This document shows positions 7,079-16,990 of a stretch of 46,921 nt of DNA, piece by piece. Position 1 is the first letter of the stretch; each line of letters begins with the position of its first letter. Under the pieces are notes generated by a model. That model saw only the letters and a list, made by a program, of their open reading frames with translations. It was not told the DNA's origin and did no database searches. The translations under genes and the position numbers were made by a program. This DNA comes from a bacterium (GTDB lineage: Bacteria > SAR324 > XYD2-FULL-50-16): NCBI GenBank assembly GCA_029940215.1, contig JAOZRE010000003.1, forward strand, positions 1-46,921. Reading direction: 5' to 3'.

Positions 7079-9526
7079 TCAGGAGAAGGATTCGGGTTCC
7101 CTGACGAAGGGGAGAAAGAAGTAGAAGGTGGTGCCGCCCTCCGGGTTATTCCGGACGTTGATTTGACCGCCATGAGCCTGGATAATTTCCCAGCAGATAG
7201 CCAGCCCCAGCCCGGTTCCACCTGCCCCCGTTTTGGTTTTGGTACTTTGAGTGAACTTATTGAAAATGGTTGATAGTTCATCTTCCGGTACGCCAATTCC
7301 CAAATCCTTCACCTTAAATCCGAGGCCGCCCTTTTCTTTGATCACATCAACGGCGATGTGCCCACTCTCATGAGAGAATTTGATGGCGTTGGAGAGCAGG
7401 TTGTGGATAACCTGCATAATTTTTTCGTGATCCATGATAATCCGATCGTCAAATGACGGCGGGGTGAACGTCACAGACAGCGATTTTTCATCGACCAGAG
7501 CCTGCATTTCCCGGATGGCAAACTCGATCAGAAAAGAAAGACTCTCCGATTCAAAGATATAGTCCATTTTCCCTGATTCCAGCTTGGACAGATCCAGAAG
7601 GTCGTTCAAGAGCGACAACAGTCTCCGGCTGCTATAGAAAATCTCCTGAAAGTACTCCAGGAGTTTTTGTTTGCGTGTCTCCCTGAATCTGGAAATGGCC
7701 AGGTTGGTATATCCGATAATACCCTGCATAGGGGTTCGTATTTCGTGGCTCATGTTCGCCAGGAATTCTGATTTGGCTCGATTGGCCTGTTCGGCCTTTT
7801 CTCTGGCAGCTTCCAGTGCGGCTTCGATTTTTTTCTGGTTGGTGATGTCTTGAAAGGTACTCATCAGGTATGTTTCGTTATTAATCGTGATCTTGGAAGA
7901 GAACTGCTCGACCGTGATGATCTCTCCATTCTTGCGCAGAAAACGGTTCACATATTTATCCGGAACCGGCTGGCCAGCATTCCGCTTCCGAATTTGTTCC
8001 CGGATCATAGCACGGTTTTCTGGGACAACCAGTGCAGTCAGTGAATTCTGTTGCAGTTCTTCAAGCTTGTCATAGCCGAGCAGTTCCAGCAGGGCTGGAT
8101 TCCCGAATATAATCTGTTCCCCTTTTGAAATGCTGATGCACATAGCTGAATTTTCTACCAGGATGCGGTATTTCTCTTCACTCTCCTTGAAAGACTGTTC
8201 TGTTTTACGGTGAGCGGATATCTCCTGAATCAGTTTTTTATCCTTTCCCAGGAGTGCCTCTGTTCGCTCCTGCACGATCTCATGCAGAGAGCTTTCATAC
8301 TCCTGGTGGGTCGCGTTCATGCGGTCGGCCAGGGCCAGGGACATCAGGATGACTTCCAGGGCTGACCCGATCTGAATACTGTGTTGTGTGATGAAAAGTG
8401 TGGGTAGAAAGCCGGATCCCCAAAGTATGGTAACAAGATTGCCAAAGAGAAATACGGTCCAGGCAAACAGAAAAAATCTTGCCGGCCGATACGATTTGAT
8501 CAGACAGATCAGGCTACTGACGTATATCGTGGTCATTGAGAGAAAGGCGATGATATTCAGTATCCGGATCCCCTGAGAATGGCTGACCAGAAAGGCCAAT
8601 GGTATTGCCAGCAGGCTGGAAAAGGCAAGACCAGACAGCAGCAGATTGACGCGTGGCAGGATCTGGTGCAGGGACAGAAAGCTTTTTGCAAAGATGATCA
8701 TCCAGAAACTAGCAAAACCAAGGGAGATCAATAGCGTGCTGTTACTGATGGAAGGTAAATCAGGCCAGAAGTATTGAAAGCTGATGCCGTTAAGGGTTGC
8801 CAGGAAAAAGGCAAAAGCCAGGATGTGGAACATGTAATACAAGTAACTGCGATCCTTCAGTGAAAAAAACAGGAAGAGATTGTAACAGGCCATCGCCAGC
8901 ATGATGCCGTAATAGGTCCCTTGAACAATCTGGTTTTGATGGTCGCTTTTAAAGAAGCCGGGACGGGAGTAAAGCGTCATTGCCAACTGCATGCTGCTTT
9001 CACTCTCGATTCTTAGGTAAAATGTTTTTAAATGGGAATCTGCAGGCAGGGTAAACAGAAAATGAGGATGTGGAATGTCTCGCTGAGAAAATGGATACAG
9101 GTCGCCGGTGGTTCTCTGTTCGTATTGGCCTGATTTCAATGGGGAGAAAAACGTAATTCGATCCAGATAGGGATGTCCAATTTCCAATATCCACCCCTCT
9201 TTTGGGATGGTTCGATGTACGACGGTAAATCGCAGCCAATACACTGACGGAGTGTAGCCAAAGTTTAACCAGCCCTGAATATTATCTGTGAATTGGTTGG
9301 AAAATTTAGGAGATGCCACCTGCTCAATCTGCCACTCCCCTTCCGGATCTTCCAGGTACTGAATCTGAACGTCCAGTATAATGCTTTCCTGCAGGTTCCC
9401 AATAACAACAGGCGGTGCCGCAAACACAGATGTTGACCAGATGAAAAGAGTCGCCAGAAAAAGTGGAATCCAAATTATTCGTGATATTCCAGCACTGTGG
9501 TTGATACGGTTTCGTCTAAACATCAA
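7079..9526 (-). CDS. Membrane sensor histidine kinase (7TM-DISM extracellular domain, 7TM, PAS, HisKA, HATPase)
   Basis: LNFGYTPSVYWLRF and GDLYPFSQR (7TMR-DISMED2), seven hydrophobic segments, PAS, FLANMSHEIRTP, NLLSNAIKF, GGTGLGL. Confidence 0.92.
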   Translation of the reverse strand: MMFRRNRINHSAGISRIIWIPLFLATLFIWSTSVFAAPPVVIGNLQESIILDVQIQYLEDPEGEWQIEQVASPKFSNQFTDNIQGWLNFGYTPSVYWLRFTVVHRTIPKEGWILEIGHPYLDRITFFSPLKSGQYEQRTTGDLYPFSQRDIPHPHFLFTLPADSHLKTFYLRIESESSMQLAMTLYSRPGFFKSDHQNQIVQGTYYGIMLAMACYNLFLFFSLKDRSYLYYMFHILAFAFFLATLNGISFQYFWPDLPSISNSTLLISLGFASFWMIIFAKSFLSLHQILPRVNLLLSGLAFSSLLAIPLAFLVSHSQGIRILNIIAFLSMTTIYVSSLICLIKSYRPARFFLFAWTVFLFGNLVTILWGSGFLPTLFITQHSIQIGSALEVILMSLALADRMNATHQEYESSLHEIVQERTEALLGKDKKLIQEISAHRKTEQSFKESEEKYRILVENSAMCISISKGEQIIFGNPALLELLGYDKLEELQQNSLTALVVPENRAMIREQIRKRNAGQPVPDKYVNRFLRKNGEIITVEQFSSKITINNETYLMSTFQDITNQKKIEAALEAAREKAEQANRAKSEFLANMSHEIRTPMQGIIGYTNLAISRFRETRKQKLLEYFQEIFYSSRRLLSLLNDLLDLSKLESGKMDYIFESESLSFLIEFAIREMQALVDEKSLSVTFTPPSFDDRIIMDHEKIMQVIHNLLSNAIKFSHESGHIAVDVIKEKGGLGFKVKDLGIGVPEDELSTIFNKFTQSTKTKTGAGGTGLGLAICWEIIQAHGGQINVRNNPEGGTTFYFFLPFVREPESFS

Positions 9527-9730
9527 TGATAAGGTCTCCGGAATCTGTTCAAAACGGTAATTTCAGAAGCGATTGGCCATGACGAGGCTGTTTTTTTTAA
9601 TTGGGAGTTTTTTTTTACCATAGATCCCGGGAATTCGTCGAGAAAAGAGTGCCCCCGGTCATTGAAAAATTTTGGTTCCTGGCGCATGATGGCGGTTAAC
9701 AGTGACAGATAACCCGTTAAAGCAAAAATC

Positions 9731-10642
9731 ATGTCTGAACAATCAAACCGGTCGACCCTTGCAGAAACCGGATCATTACTGGGACTGGTAGCAGGTCTGA
9801 CTGCCTTTCTGATCTGGGGTATGAGCCCTGTGTACTGGAAAGAGCTCAAACATGTAGAGGCGCTGGAAGTCATTCTACATCGAATTGTCTGGTCATTTTT
9901 TTTCCTGATGCCGATCCTCATCCTCAAGGGACGCTGGAAGGAGTTTCTTGCAGCCGTCAGCAATCTGAAGGTCCTTGGCTTCCTGGTGATGACAGCTCTT
10001 TTCATCAGTGCTAACTGGTTTTTATATATTTGGGCTGTCACCCATGATCACCTGTTGCAGGCAAGCCTTGGATACTATATCAATCCTCTCGTGAATGTAC
10101 TGCTTGGGATGGTATTTCTGCGGGAGCGATTCAGGCGCCTTCAAACAATGGCTCTTATACTTGCTGGCGGAGGTGTCTTTTATCTGACATTTTTTTATGG
10201 GCAATTCCCCTGGATTTCGCTGTTTCTGGCTTTTAGTTTTGGTTTGTACGGGCTAATCCGCAAGATGGTCGATGTCGCACCCCTGATTGGTTTGGCAGTT
10301 GAAACCATGTTGCTGTCTGTGCCTGCGGGTGCTTACCTGATCATTCGTTACCAGAATCATACAGGTGCCTTTCTGGTGACCGATACGCGGACCGACCTGT
10401 TTTTACTGGGGGCATCTGTTTTGACCGCCGTACCCCTACTGTTGTTTACCTTCAGTGCTAAACACCTCAGGCTGTCCACTGTCGGGTTTATCCAATACAT
10501 GGCGCCGACCTGTATGTTTTTGTTGGGTGTTTTTCTCTATAAGGAGCCCTTCGCCATGGCTCAGGTGATAACATTTGCCCTGATCTGGGCTGCGCTGGCG
10601 CTGTATTCACTGGATTCCATTTTTTTTTACCGAAAGCTGTGA
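9731..10642 (+). CDS. rarD: EamA family transporter RarD
   Basis: WGMSPVYWK, HRIVWS, ASLGYYINPLVNVLLG, YGLIRK, GFIQYMAP. Confidence 0.92.
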   Translation: MSEQSNRSTLAETGSLLGLVAGLTAFLIWGMSPVYWKELKHVEALEVILHRIVWSFFFLMPILILKGRWKEFLAAVSNLKVLGFLVMTALFISANWFLYIWAVTHDHLLQASLGYYINPLVNVLLGMVFLRERFRRLQTMALILAGGGVFYLTFFYGQFPWISLFLAFSFGLYGLIRKMVDVAPLIGLAVETMLLSVPAGAYLIIRYQNHTGAFLVTDTRTDLFLLGASVLTAVPLLLFTFSAKHLRLSTVGFIQYMAPTCMFLLGVFLYKEPFAMAQVITFALIWAALALYSLDSIFFYRKL

Positions 10643-10702
10643 GTGATTATGTCGCAACTAATTGATCCTGCTGCCTGCTGAGAATTTCTGAATGAGAATC
10701 CC

Positions 10703-11593
10703 ATGATATTCAACCCTGTTGCCATCCTTTTTCCGTTACTACTGCTTATTGCAGGCGGTTACGTTATTGCCAGGATCTTTTCGCTGTCCGAAGGTCCCCT
10801 GGTGAGAGTGGTTACTGATTTTTTCATGCCACTGCTGGTGTTCCACTCTTTTTGTACCACACCAACCTCCATCTCGCAGGTTATCCGTGTATTCGGGGCT
10901 GTGAGTCTGGTTGTTGGTCTGTTCCTGATACTTTCGTGGCTTTATTGTCGGATCTTTCAGCTGGAAATGAAAGCTGTGGCACCACCGCTGCTGTTTATGA
11001 ATGCCGGATTCCTGGGTATTCCCGTGATGAAGCTCTGGGGTGGGCTGGCTGCCATGAATTTGATCGTTCTCTACGATCAACTGCAGACCTTCTACATCTT
11101 CACCCTTGGAATCGTTGTCGTCACAGGAAAATTCAGCTGGAAAGGCTTGAAGGAGATCATACAGACACCGTTGATCTGGTCTGTTGTCCTGGGGTTGGGC
11201 TTCAACCTGTTTCAGATACCGGTACATCAGGCGATCCTTTCGGGGTTTGCCTTTGGTGGAGATGTGGCGCCGGCACTGGCGGTATTCACCATTGGTATGT
11301 CTCTGCACCGATACCGGATTACCGTCAATGGACACGTGGTGGCGGGTGTCATGATGCGCTTCATACTGGGCTTTCTGTTCGGCTGGCTCTCCTGTTGGCT
11401 TTTCAATTTCACCGGCTTGACGCGAACAGTCGTGATTGTTGCGTCTTCCCTGCCATCCGCTGTTTTCTCAGCTGTTCTGCCTATTCGCTATGGTGTGGAC
11501 AGCCGCTTCGCAAGTTCGGTGCTGGTGGTATCGACCCTTCTCAGCGTGGTGACACTGCCGCTCGCCTTTTATCTCAGCGAGTTAACAGGCTAG
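10703..11593 (+). CDS. AEC (auxin efflux carrier) family transporter
   Basis: About ten TM segments; MPLLVF, NAGFLGIP, APALAVFTIG, SLPSAV, STLLSVVTLP. Confidence 0.88.
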   Translation: MIFNPVAILFPLLLLIAGGYVIARIFSLSEGPLVRVVTDFFMPLLVFHSFCTTPTSISQVIRVFGAVSLVVGLFLILSWLYCRIFQLEMKAVAPPLLFMNAGFLGIPVMKLWGGLAAMNLIVLYDQLQTFYIFTLGIVVVTGKFSWKGLKEIIQTPLIWSVVLGLGFNLFQIPVHQAILSGFAFGGDVAPALAVFTIGMSLHRYRITVNGHVVAGVMMRFILGFLFGWLSCWLFNFTGLTRTVVIVASSLPSAVFSAVLPIRYGVDSRFASSVLVVSTLLSVVTLPLAFYLSELTG

Positions 11594-11825
11594 ATCCCCT
11601 TTCCCTTGTAGCTCTGAGCAATTGATCCCGAAATGTGATGGGTTTCTCTTGCTGAGAGACTGTCCTTTTTTCTCGGAAAATCTGTAAAGAACAAAAAAAA
11701 TCAAATAAATCGTAGGCAATAATGAGGTTGCAGGCTAAAATGGCTGAAGTACCAGTGACCGATTTCATCCGGAGCCCTTTCTCCATTAAACCATTATTAA
11801 CAGTGATCGTTGTAAATCCAGGACC

Positions 11826-14078
11826 ATGGCAGAAACACCCAAAAAAGGCCACCAGTCAACAACGGATGTTGAGCAATTGACACAACGCATAGCAGAACTG
11901 GAACAAACTGTTATCCGGAGCCAGCAGGAAAGCGATTTTTTCAGGGCTGTAGCAGACTATACCTACGACTGGGACTACTGGATCGGGCCTGAAGAAAATC
12001 TGATCTATATGTCACCCTCCTGCAAACGGATTACAGGTTATACCGTCGAAGAGTTTATGAACGACCCGGGCCTGCTTGACAGTATTATTCACCCGAAAGA
12101 CCGTTCCCGGATTTCGCTCTCTTTTTACAATGAACTGCGTTCCAACCATCTGGAAGGTATCGATTTTCGAATCGTGACCAAGTTCGGCGAGGAGCGATGG
12201 ATCAACCACAACTGTCAACCTGTGCCGGGGGTCAGTGGGCACGCCTTTGGAAGAAGGGCCAGCAACCGGGATGTGACGGATCGCAAACAGGCCGAAAGAG
12301 CGGTTCAGGATATCCTGGAAACTGCAACAGAGGGTTTTGTGCAGATCGATAACGAGGCCCGGATCGAACGGATCAACCCCTCCCTCTGCCAGATTTTCGG
12401 ACGATCGGAATCAGAAATTATCGGGCATACGATTTTTGACTTTCTGGACCGGGAGAATACCCTCAAATATCAGCATCAGCTGGACGAGCGAGAGCAGCTG
12501 AAATCTGGTATTTATGAACTGGTCATCACCCGTCCGGACGGTAGCCGGGTCATCTGCCTGTTGAGCGCAGCACCTGTATTTGATGCCAAGGGTCATAAAT
12601 CAGGATCCTTCGCCATGGTGCACGATATCAATGAAAGAAAACAGCTCGAAATTCAATTGAGAAATGCCAAGCGGCAGGCTGAGTCGGCGAGTGACGCCAA
12701 AAGCCGTTTTCTAGCCAATATGAGCCATGAAATCCGAACCCCGCTGAACTCCATCCTGGGTTTTGCACAGATTCTAATGAAACAGGCTCGGAAGCAGGAG
12801 ATGCCTGATGGTTTTCTGCACCATCTCTCCCACATTCAAACCAGTGGTGAGAATCTGTCTGAGTTGATAAACAATATTCTTGATCTCTCCAAGATCGAGG
12901 CCGAAAAAACCACCCTCTCCGCGGAGAACATCAATCTCCGGCTGCTGGTCCAGGGTATTTTCCACATTAATAAAAACCAGGCCCGGAAAAAGGGGGTGGA
13001 TTTCAACTATGAGTACGACAGCACGCTTCCGGAGGTTATTCGTTCAGATCGGACCAAATTGCACCAGATTCTGATTAACCTGGTGAGCAATGCCATTAAG
13101 TTTACATCCGAAAACGGGAAAGTCACTATGAAGGCCGCCCGGGACGGAAAGTTCCTGCTGCTGCAGGTGTCGGACGAGGGGATCGGCATTGCTGACAAGC
13201 GGCTGCCAAATATATTTGAGGCGTTCGAGCAGGAGGATGAATCGATGACCCGTCGTTATGGTGGAACTGGCCTGGGTCTGGCAATTGTCAAACAGGTGAC
13301 GGAACTGATGAGCGGTACCGTTATGGTTGAAAGCGAGATTGAGAAAGGATCCGTTTTTACTGCACGGCTTCCATTGTTGCTGGGTGAGGGAGAGGAAGTT
13401 CGAGAAAGAGAGATCCAGTGGGATGAGCTTCGATTCGCGGACGACAACCGGGTGCTGGTTGTCGAGGATGACCCCACGAACCTGGAGATGATTGAGATCC
13501 TCTTCAGGGAACTGGGGCTGGACATCATTAAAGCCGATAATGCCATGCAGGGGATAAAGAAGGCGCTCAACGTGCAGCCCGACCTGATTCTAATGGATAT
13601 GCACATGCCCGGAATCGATGGGATGGCGGCAACACGGCAGATCAGGCAGAACAAGAAAGGGCGGGGCATTCCCATTGTGGCCCTTTCGGCCGATGCATTT
13701 GTTGACCAGCAGAAAGCCGCTTTCAAGGCTGGTGTTTCAGGCTATCTGACAAAGCCCCTTGACTTCAAAAAACTAATCCCGGTCCTGCACCGCTATCTTC
13801 GTCATGAAACTACTTCAGAACCAGACCGTCCCGAATTGGTATCTGCGTCACCCCTTCCATCCGACCTTGTCGAAACCATGAAGACGGAGTTTGAAATACT
13901 GGAGCGTATCCCTCCGTTCGACGCCAAATCTGTCAAACAACAGGTGGAAAAAATGGTGGAAATCTGCCAAGCTTATAAAACTCCTTACAGGCAAACGCTG
14001 GAGGAAATACAGCTGGCATCCATATCCAGAAAATCACAACAGATCCCCATTTTGATCAGGGAGGCACTTAATGATTGA
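11826..14078 (+). CDS. Cytoplasmic PAS-PAS hybrid histidine kinase/receiver
   Basis: Two PAS domains, FLANMSHEIRTP, NLVSNAIKF, YGGTGLGL, receiver VVEDD...DLILMDMHMP...KP. Confidence 0.93.
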   Translation: MAETPKKGHQSTTDVEQLTQRIAELEQTVIRSQQESDFFRAVADYTYDWDYWIGPEENLIYMSPSCKRITGYTVEEFMNDPGLLDSIIHPKDRSRISLSFYNELRSNHLEGIDFRIVTKFGEERWINHNCQPVPGVSGHAFGRRASNRDVTDRKQAERAVQDILETATEGFVQIDNEARIERINPSLCQIFGRSESEIIGHTIFDFLDRENTLKYQHQLDEREQLKSGIYELVITRPDGSRVICLLSAAPVFDAKGHKSGSFAMVHDINERKQLEIQLRNAKRQAESASDAKSRFLANMSHEIRTPLNSILGFAQILMKQARKQEMPDGFLHHLSHIQTSGENLSELINNILDLSKIEAEKTTLSAENINLRLLVQGIFHINKNQARKKGVDFNYEYDSTLPEVIRSDRTKLHQILINLVSNAIKFTSENGKVTMKAARDGKFLLLQVSDEGIGIADKRLPNIFEAFEQEDESMTRRYGGTGLGLAIVKQVTELMSGTVMVESEIEKGSVFTARLPLLLGEGEEVREREIQWDELRFADDNRVLVVEDDPTNLEMIEILFRELGLDIIKADNAMQGIKKALNVQPDLILMDMHMPGIDGMAATRQIRQNKKGRGIPIVALSADAFVDQQKAAFKAGVSGYLTKPLDFKKLIPVLHRYLRHETTSEPDRPELVSASPLPSDLVETMKTEFEILERIPPFDAKSVKQQVEKMVEICQAYKTPYRQTLEEIQLASISRKSQQIPILIREALND

Positions 14079-15759
14079 TATCCTGACAGTCGATGATGAT
14101 GCTGGTGTTGCGGATCAGATTACCGCTCTGCTGGAGTCTTTTGATTATAACTCCCTTTTTCTGTTGGAACCAGAATACCTGTTTCAAATGCTGGATCAGA
14201 AACCGGTGGACCTGATTCTGATGGATATTAATATGCCCGGTATCGACGGATTGACGTTGTTGAAGCAGCTGAAGGTCCATTCCCGCTATTGCGATATTCC
14301 CGTTATTATGCTCACGGGCGAAAGTGATAATACCCTGCTGGAAAAATGCTTCGGTGCCGGAGCCATGGATTTTGTCCGCAAACCGTTCGAATCCATTGAA
14401 CTCCAGGCCCGGATCAAATCCGCCCTCGATATCCGGAACCATATCCGTGAAATTGAATCCATCAATAACCTCCTGAAAAATACCTTTGACGGCATGGCTG
14501 AAGGGGTTATCACCCTTGACCACCAACTGCGGGTTCAAATCATATCATCCAGCGCCTGCCGGATTCTGGATGTTAACGAACATGAGGTCATCGGAAAGCC
14601 TGCCGTCAACTTCCTGGGGACTGAATTTGCGGGGCCTGCCGGCCTACTAGCTGAGCAAATTAACGAGCCGGAATCGCGATTTGATGTCCCGGTCAAGCTG
14701 ATGTGCCCCTCTAACGAGGTCATACCGGCAACCACCACCATCATGCCCCTGGAAAATCAGTCGGGACCCGCTGGTTGGCTGATTCTTTTTTGTGATCTGC
14801 GCCGGCAGGAACGATTTCCCCTTGAGAGCTCCAACCAGTTTGCATTCGGTCGCCTGATCAGCTGTGATGGCAAGATGAAGGAAATTTTCGAGACCATCTC
14901 AAAGATTGCATCCAGTTCAGCGGCTGTTCTCATCGAAGGTGAAAGCGGCACCGGAAAGGAGCTGGTGGCCAGAGAAATACACGACAGAAGCCGTAGATCG
15001 GGAGGAACGTTCCACGCCGTCAACTGTGCGGCTATTTCACCCCAACTGATGGAGACAGAATTTTTCGGTCATGAAAAGGGCGCATTCACCGGAGCAAACA
15101 GCTCCAAACTTGGTCGATTCGAACTGGCGAACATGGGGACAATCTTTCTGGACGAGGTCTGTGATATTCCAGTTGAACTCCAGGGGAAGCTGCTACGCGT
15201 TCTCCAGGAACAGGAGTTTGAAAGGGTCGGAGGCACCCGTACTCTTCATGTTGATGTTCGTGTTCTGGCTGCAACAAACCGGGATTTGCCGCAGATGGTG
15301 AAGTCAGGTGAGTTTAGGGAAGACCTCTATTACCGGTTGCATGTCATCCCGATCACCCTGCCGCCCTTAAGGGAGCGAGCACAGGACATTCCACTGTTGG
15401 TTGCCTACCTGATCGAACTGCTAAACAAGAAGGAGGAGCGCTCCGTCAGGAGTATATCGCCTGACGCACTGCGGCATTTGATTGGACATCGCTGGCCCGG
15501 TAACATCAGGGAACTCTTCAATACCATCGAGTATGCTTTCGCTGTCAGTGATGGCAAAATACTCCAGGTCAAGGACCTGCCTGGACTGAAGATGGGTGAA
15601 AAACCTGAAGGTGATTCAGGTGCTATTCAGGCCCGTAATGAGAAAGAACTGATTCAACAGGCCCTCCAAAAAACCAACTTCAACAAACCCAAAGCGGCAT
15701 CTCTGCTGGGTATTCATCGCGCGACACTTTACCGCAAAATAAAGAAATATCAGCTGTAG
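14071..15759 (+). CDS. Sigma54-dependent response regulator (REC-PAS-AAA+-Fis HTH)
   Basis: VDDD...DLILMDINMP receiver; GESGTGKE, GAFTGA, FLDEV, RVLQE, FREDLYYRL; C-terminal HTH; overlaps the kinase stop by 8 bp. Confidence 0.94.
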   Translation: MIDILTVDDDAGVADQITALLESFDYNSLFLLEPEYLFQMLDQKPVDLILMDINMPGIDGLTLLKQLKVHSRYCDIPVIMLTGESDNTLLEKCFGAGAMDFVRKPFESIELQARIKSALDIRNHIREIESINNLLKNTFDGMAEGVITLDHQLRVQIISSSACRILDVNEHEVIGKPAVNFLGTEFAGPAGLLAEQINEPESRFDVPVKLMCPSNEVIPATTTIMPLENQSGPAGWLILFCDLRRQERFPLESSNQFAFGRLISCDGKMKEIFETISKIASSSAAVLIEGESGTGKELVAREIHDRSRRSGGTFHAVNCAAISPQLMETEFFGHEKGAFTGANSSKLGRFELANMGTIFLDEVCDIPVELQGKLLRVLQEQEFERVGGTRTLHVDVRVLAATNRDLPQMVKSGEFREDLYYRLHVIPITLPPLRERAQDIPLLVAYLIELLNKKEERSVRSISPDALRHLIGHRWPGNIRELFNTIEYAFAVSDGKILQVKDLPGLKMGEKPEGDSGAIQARNEKELIQQALQKTNFNKPKAASLLGIHRATLYRKIKKYQL

Positions 15760-15824
15760 CAAGTCCCACTCCGGACTGAGCTCTGGTCATCCTACCCGAA
15801 TGATGTAAAATCCATGGTTCGAGT

Positions 15825-15891
15825 TGTTGCATAATGTCGCGAATTGTCGCGCAGGGAAACTCGCCAATTGGAATATGTCGCAAAATGTCGC
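15825..15891 (+). promoter_or_regulatory. Array of TGT(C/T)GC direct repeats, candidate enhancer (UAS) for a sigma54 activator
   Basis: TGTTGC 15825, TGTCGC 15835 and 15845, then TGTCGC 15876 and 15886; 10-bp spacing within each group. Confidence 0.55.
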
Positions 15892-15965
15892 AAACAGGGA
15901 TATGGCGTTCATGGGGAAAATATCCAGTATACTGAAAATTAAGCGAAACTATCAATGGTATAGTT

Positions 15966-15982
15966 CTGGCAGATATATAGTT
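15966..15982 (+). promoter_or_regulatory. Weak candidate sigma54 -24/-12 promoter
   Basis: CTGGCA -24 element; GG-N10 is followed by GT rather than the canonical GC. Confidence 0.3.
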
Positions 15983-16052
15983 AACTTAAAAAGAAACTCC
16001 TGAAGTGATCATGTTTGCTTCAGGCTTCTGTAATAACTATCTGGAGTTTGCC

Positions 16053-16280
16053 ATGAAAGCTTTCGTAATCAGTTTTGTCACAAGTATCGTGATTCTTACT
16101 GCTGTATTCTTCCCGTCTATTCAAGCCGCACCCGTGGAAATCATGCCTAGAATCCTTGTATATCTAGCGTTTCCAATGGCTGTCAGTCTGAATATAGCGT
16201 ATATCCTGTTCGGGCACCTGATGGGTTGGGTTGGAAGCAGGGATCACGCAGGGCAGATGCAACAACAACTTTCTCACTAA
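16053..16280 (+). CDS. Small membrane protein (75 aa, two hydrophobic segments), unknown function
   Basis: RBS GGAG at 16043-16046 before ATG 16053; two ~20-aa hydrophobic stretches. Confidence 0.6.
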   Translation: MKAFVISFVTSIVILTAVFFPSIQAAPVEIMPRILVYLAFPMAVSLNIAYILFGHLMGWVGSRDHAGQMQQQLSH

Positions 16281-16472
16281 AAAAGCAATCTTTCCTATTT
16301 TGTTGCCGCCTGTTGTTTTAGCCTGAAAACCAGGCTTGACATCCGGCGGTAACCCGAAATTCCTTCCCCTCTTCAGACTTTCCCGTACCTTCAATTTCTG
16401 GATTGGATCCTGCATTACTCGTAAGAGGTTCAAACACGAGGTCTCCAATTCATCAAGACCATGGAGGTGGCA

Positions 16473-16949
16473 ATGTCGAAAGTGTCCAAACTGTATTCAT
16501 CAGTTGACAATATCTATCAGACTAGATCCCGCGAGGAGTCTGCAAAGGGTAAGCATGGTGACGTAAAACATATCGTTTACCGGGATGGGGTAGCAGTCCG
16601 AACTGAAATTATCCGGGTCAAGAAAAAAAGCCAGGAGGCGTCTCAGGATTCGAAGGGAAACCGCAGGGCAAACCGATCCCGCATATCCGCCCCGCGTCAA
16701 AGCAGCGAAGCGGTATTTGAAAAAAAACGGAAGAAATTTTCTGAACGATTGAAAAAAGCCATTATAAGTTCTCAGACCCTCTGGAGTGAGGGAGAGGGAA
16801 TCTGGCTGTCTTATCAGGGAAGCCAGAGTTTTATGGTCAAGCGGTATTCACCTCAAAATCAGCTACTCAGTAAGGGAGTGATGACCCAGGTGGAATTGCT
16901 GGACAGCTCCATTCCCGGTCTGCTCGATACCAGCTGGAAAGTGGTGTAG
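16473..16949 (+). CDS. Hypothetical basic protein (158 aa)
   Basis: Strong RBS GGAGGTG before ATG 16473; fills an otherwise empty interval; no recognisable family motif. Confidence 0.7.
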   Translation: MSKVSKLYSSVDNIYQTRSREESAKGKHGDVKHIVYRDGVAVRTEIIRVKKKSQEASQDSKGNRRANRSRISAPRQSSEAVFEKKRKKFSERLKKAIISSQTLWSEGEGIWLSYQGSQSFMVKRYSPQNQLLSKGVMTQVELLDSSIPGLLDTSWKVV

Positions 16950-16990
16950 GTGGGATAAATAATTGAAGTTGGGGTTCTCCCTTATCGTTT

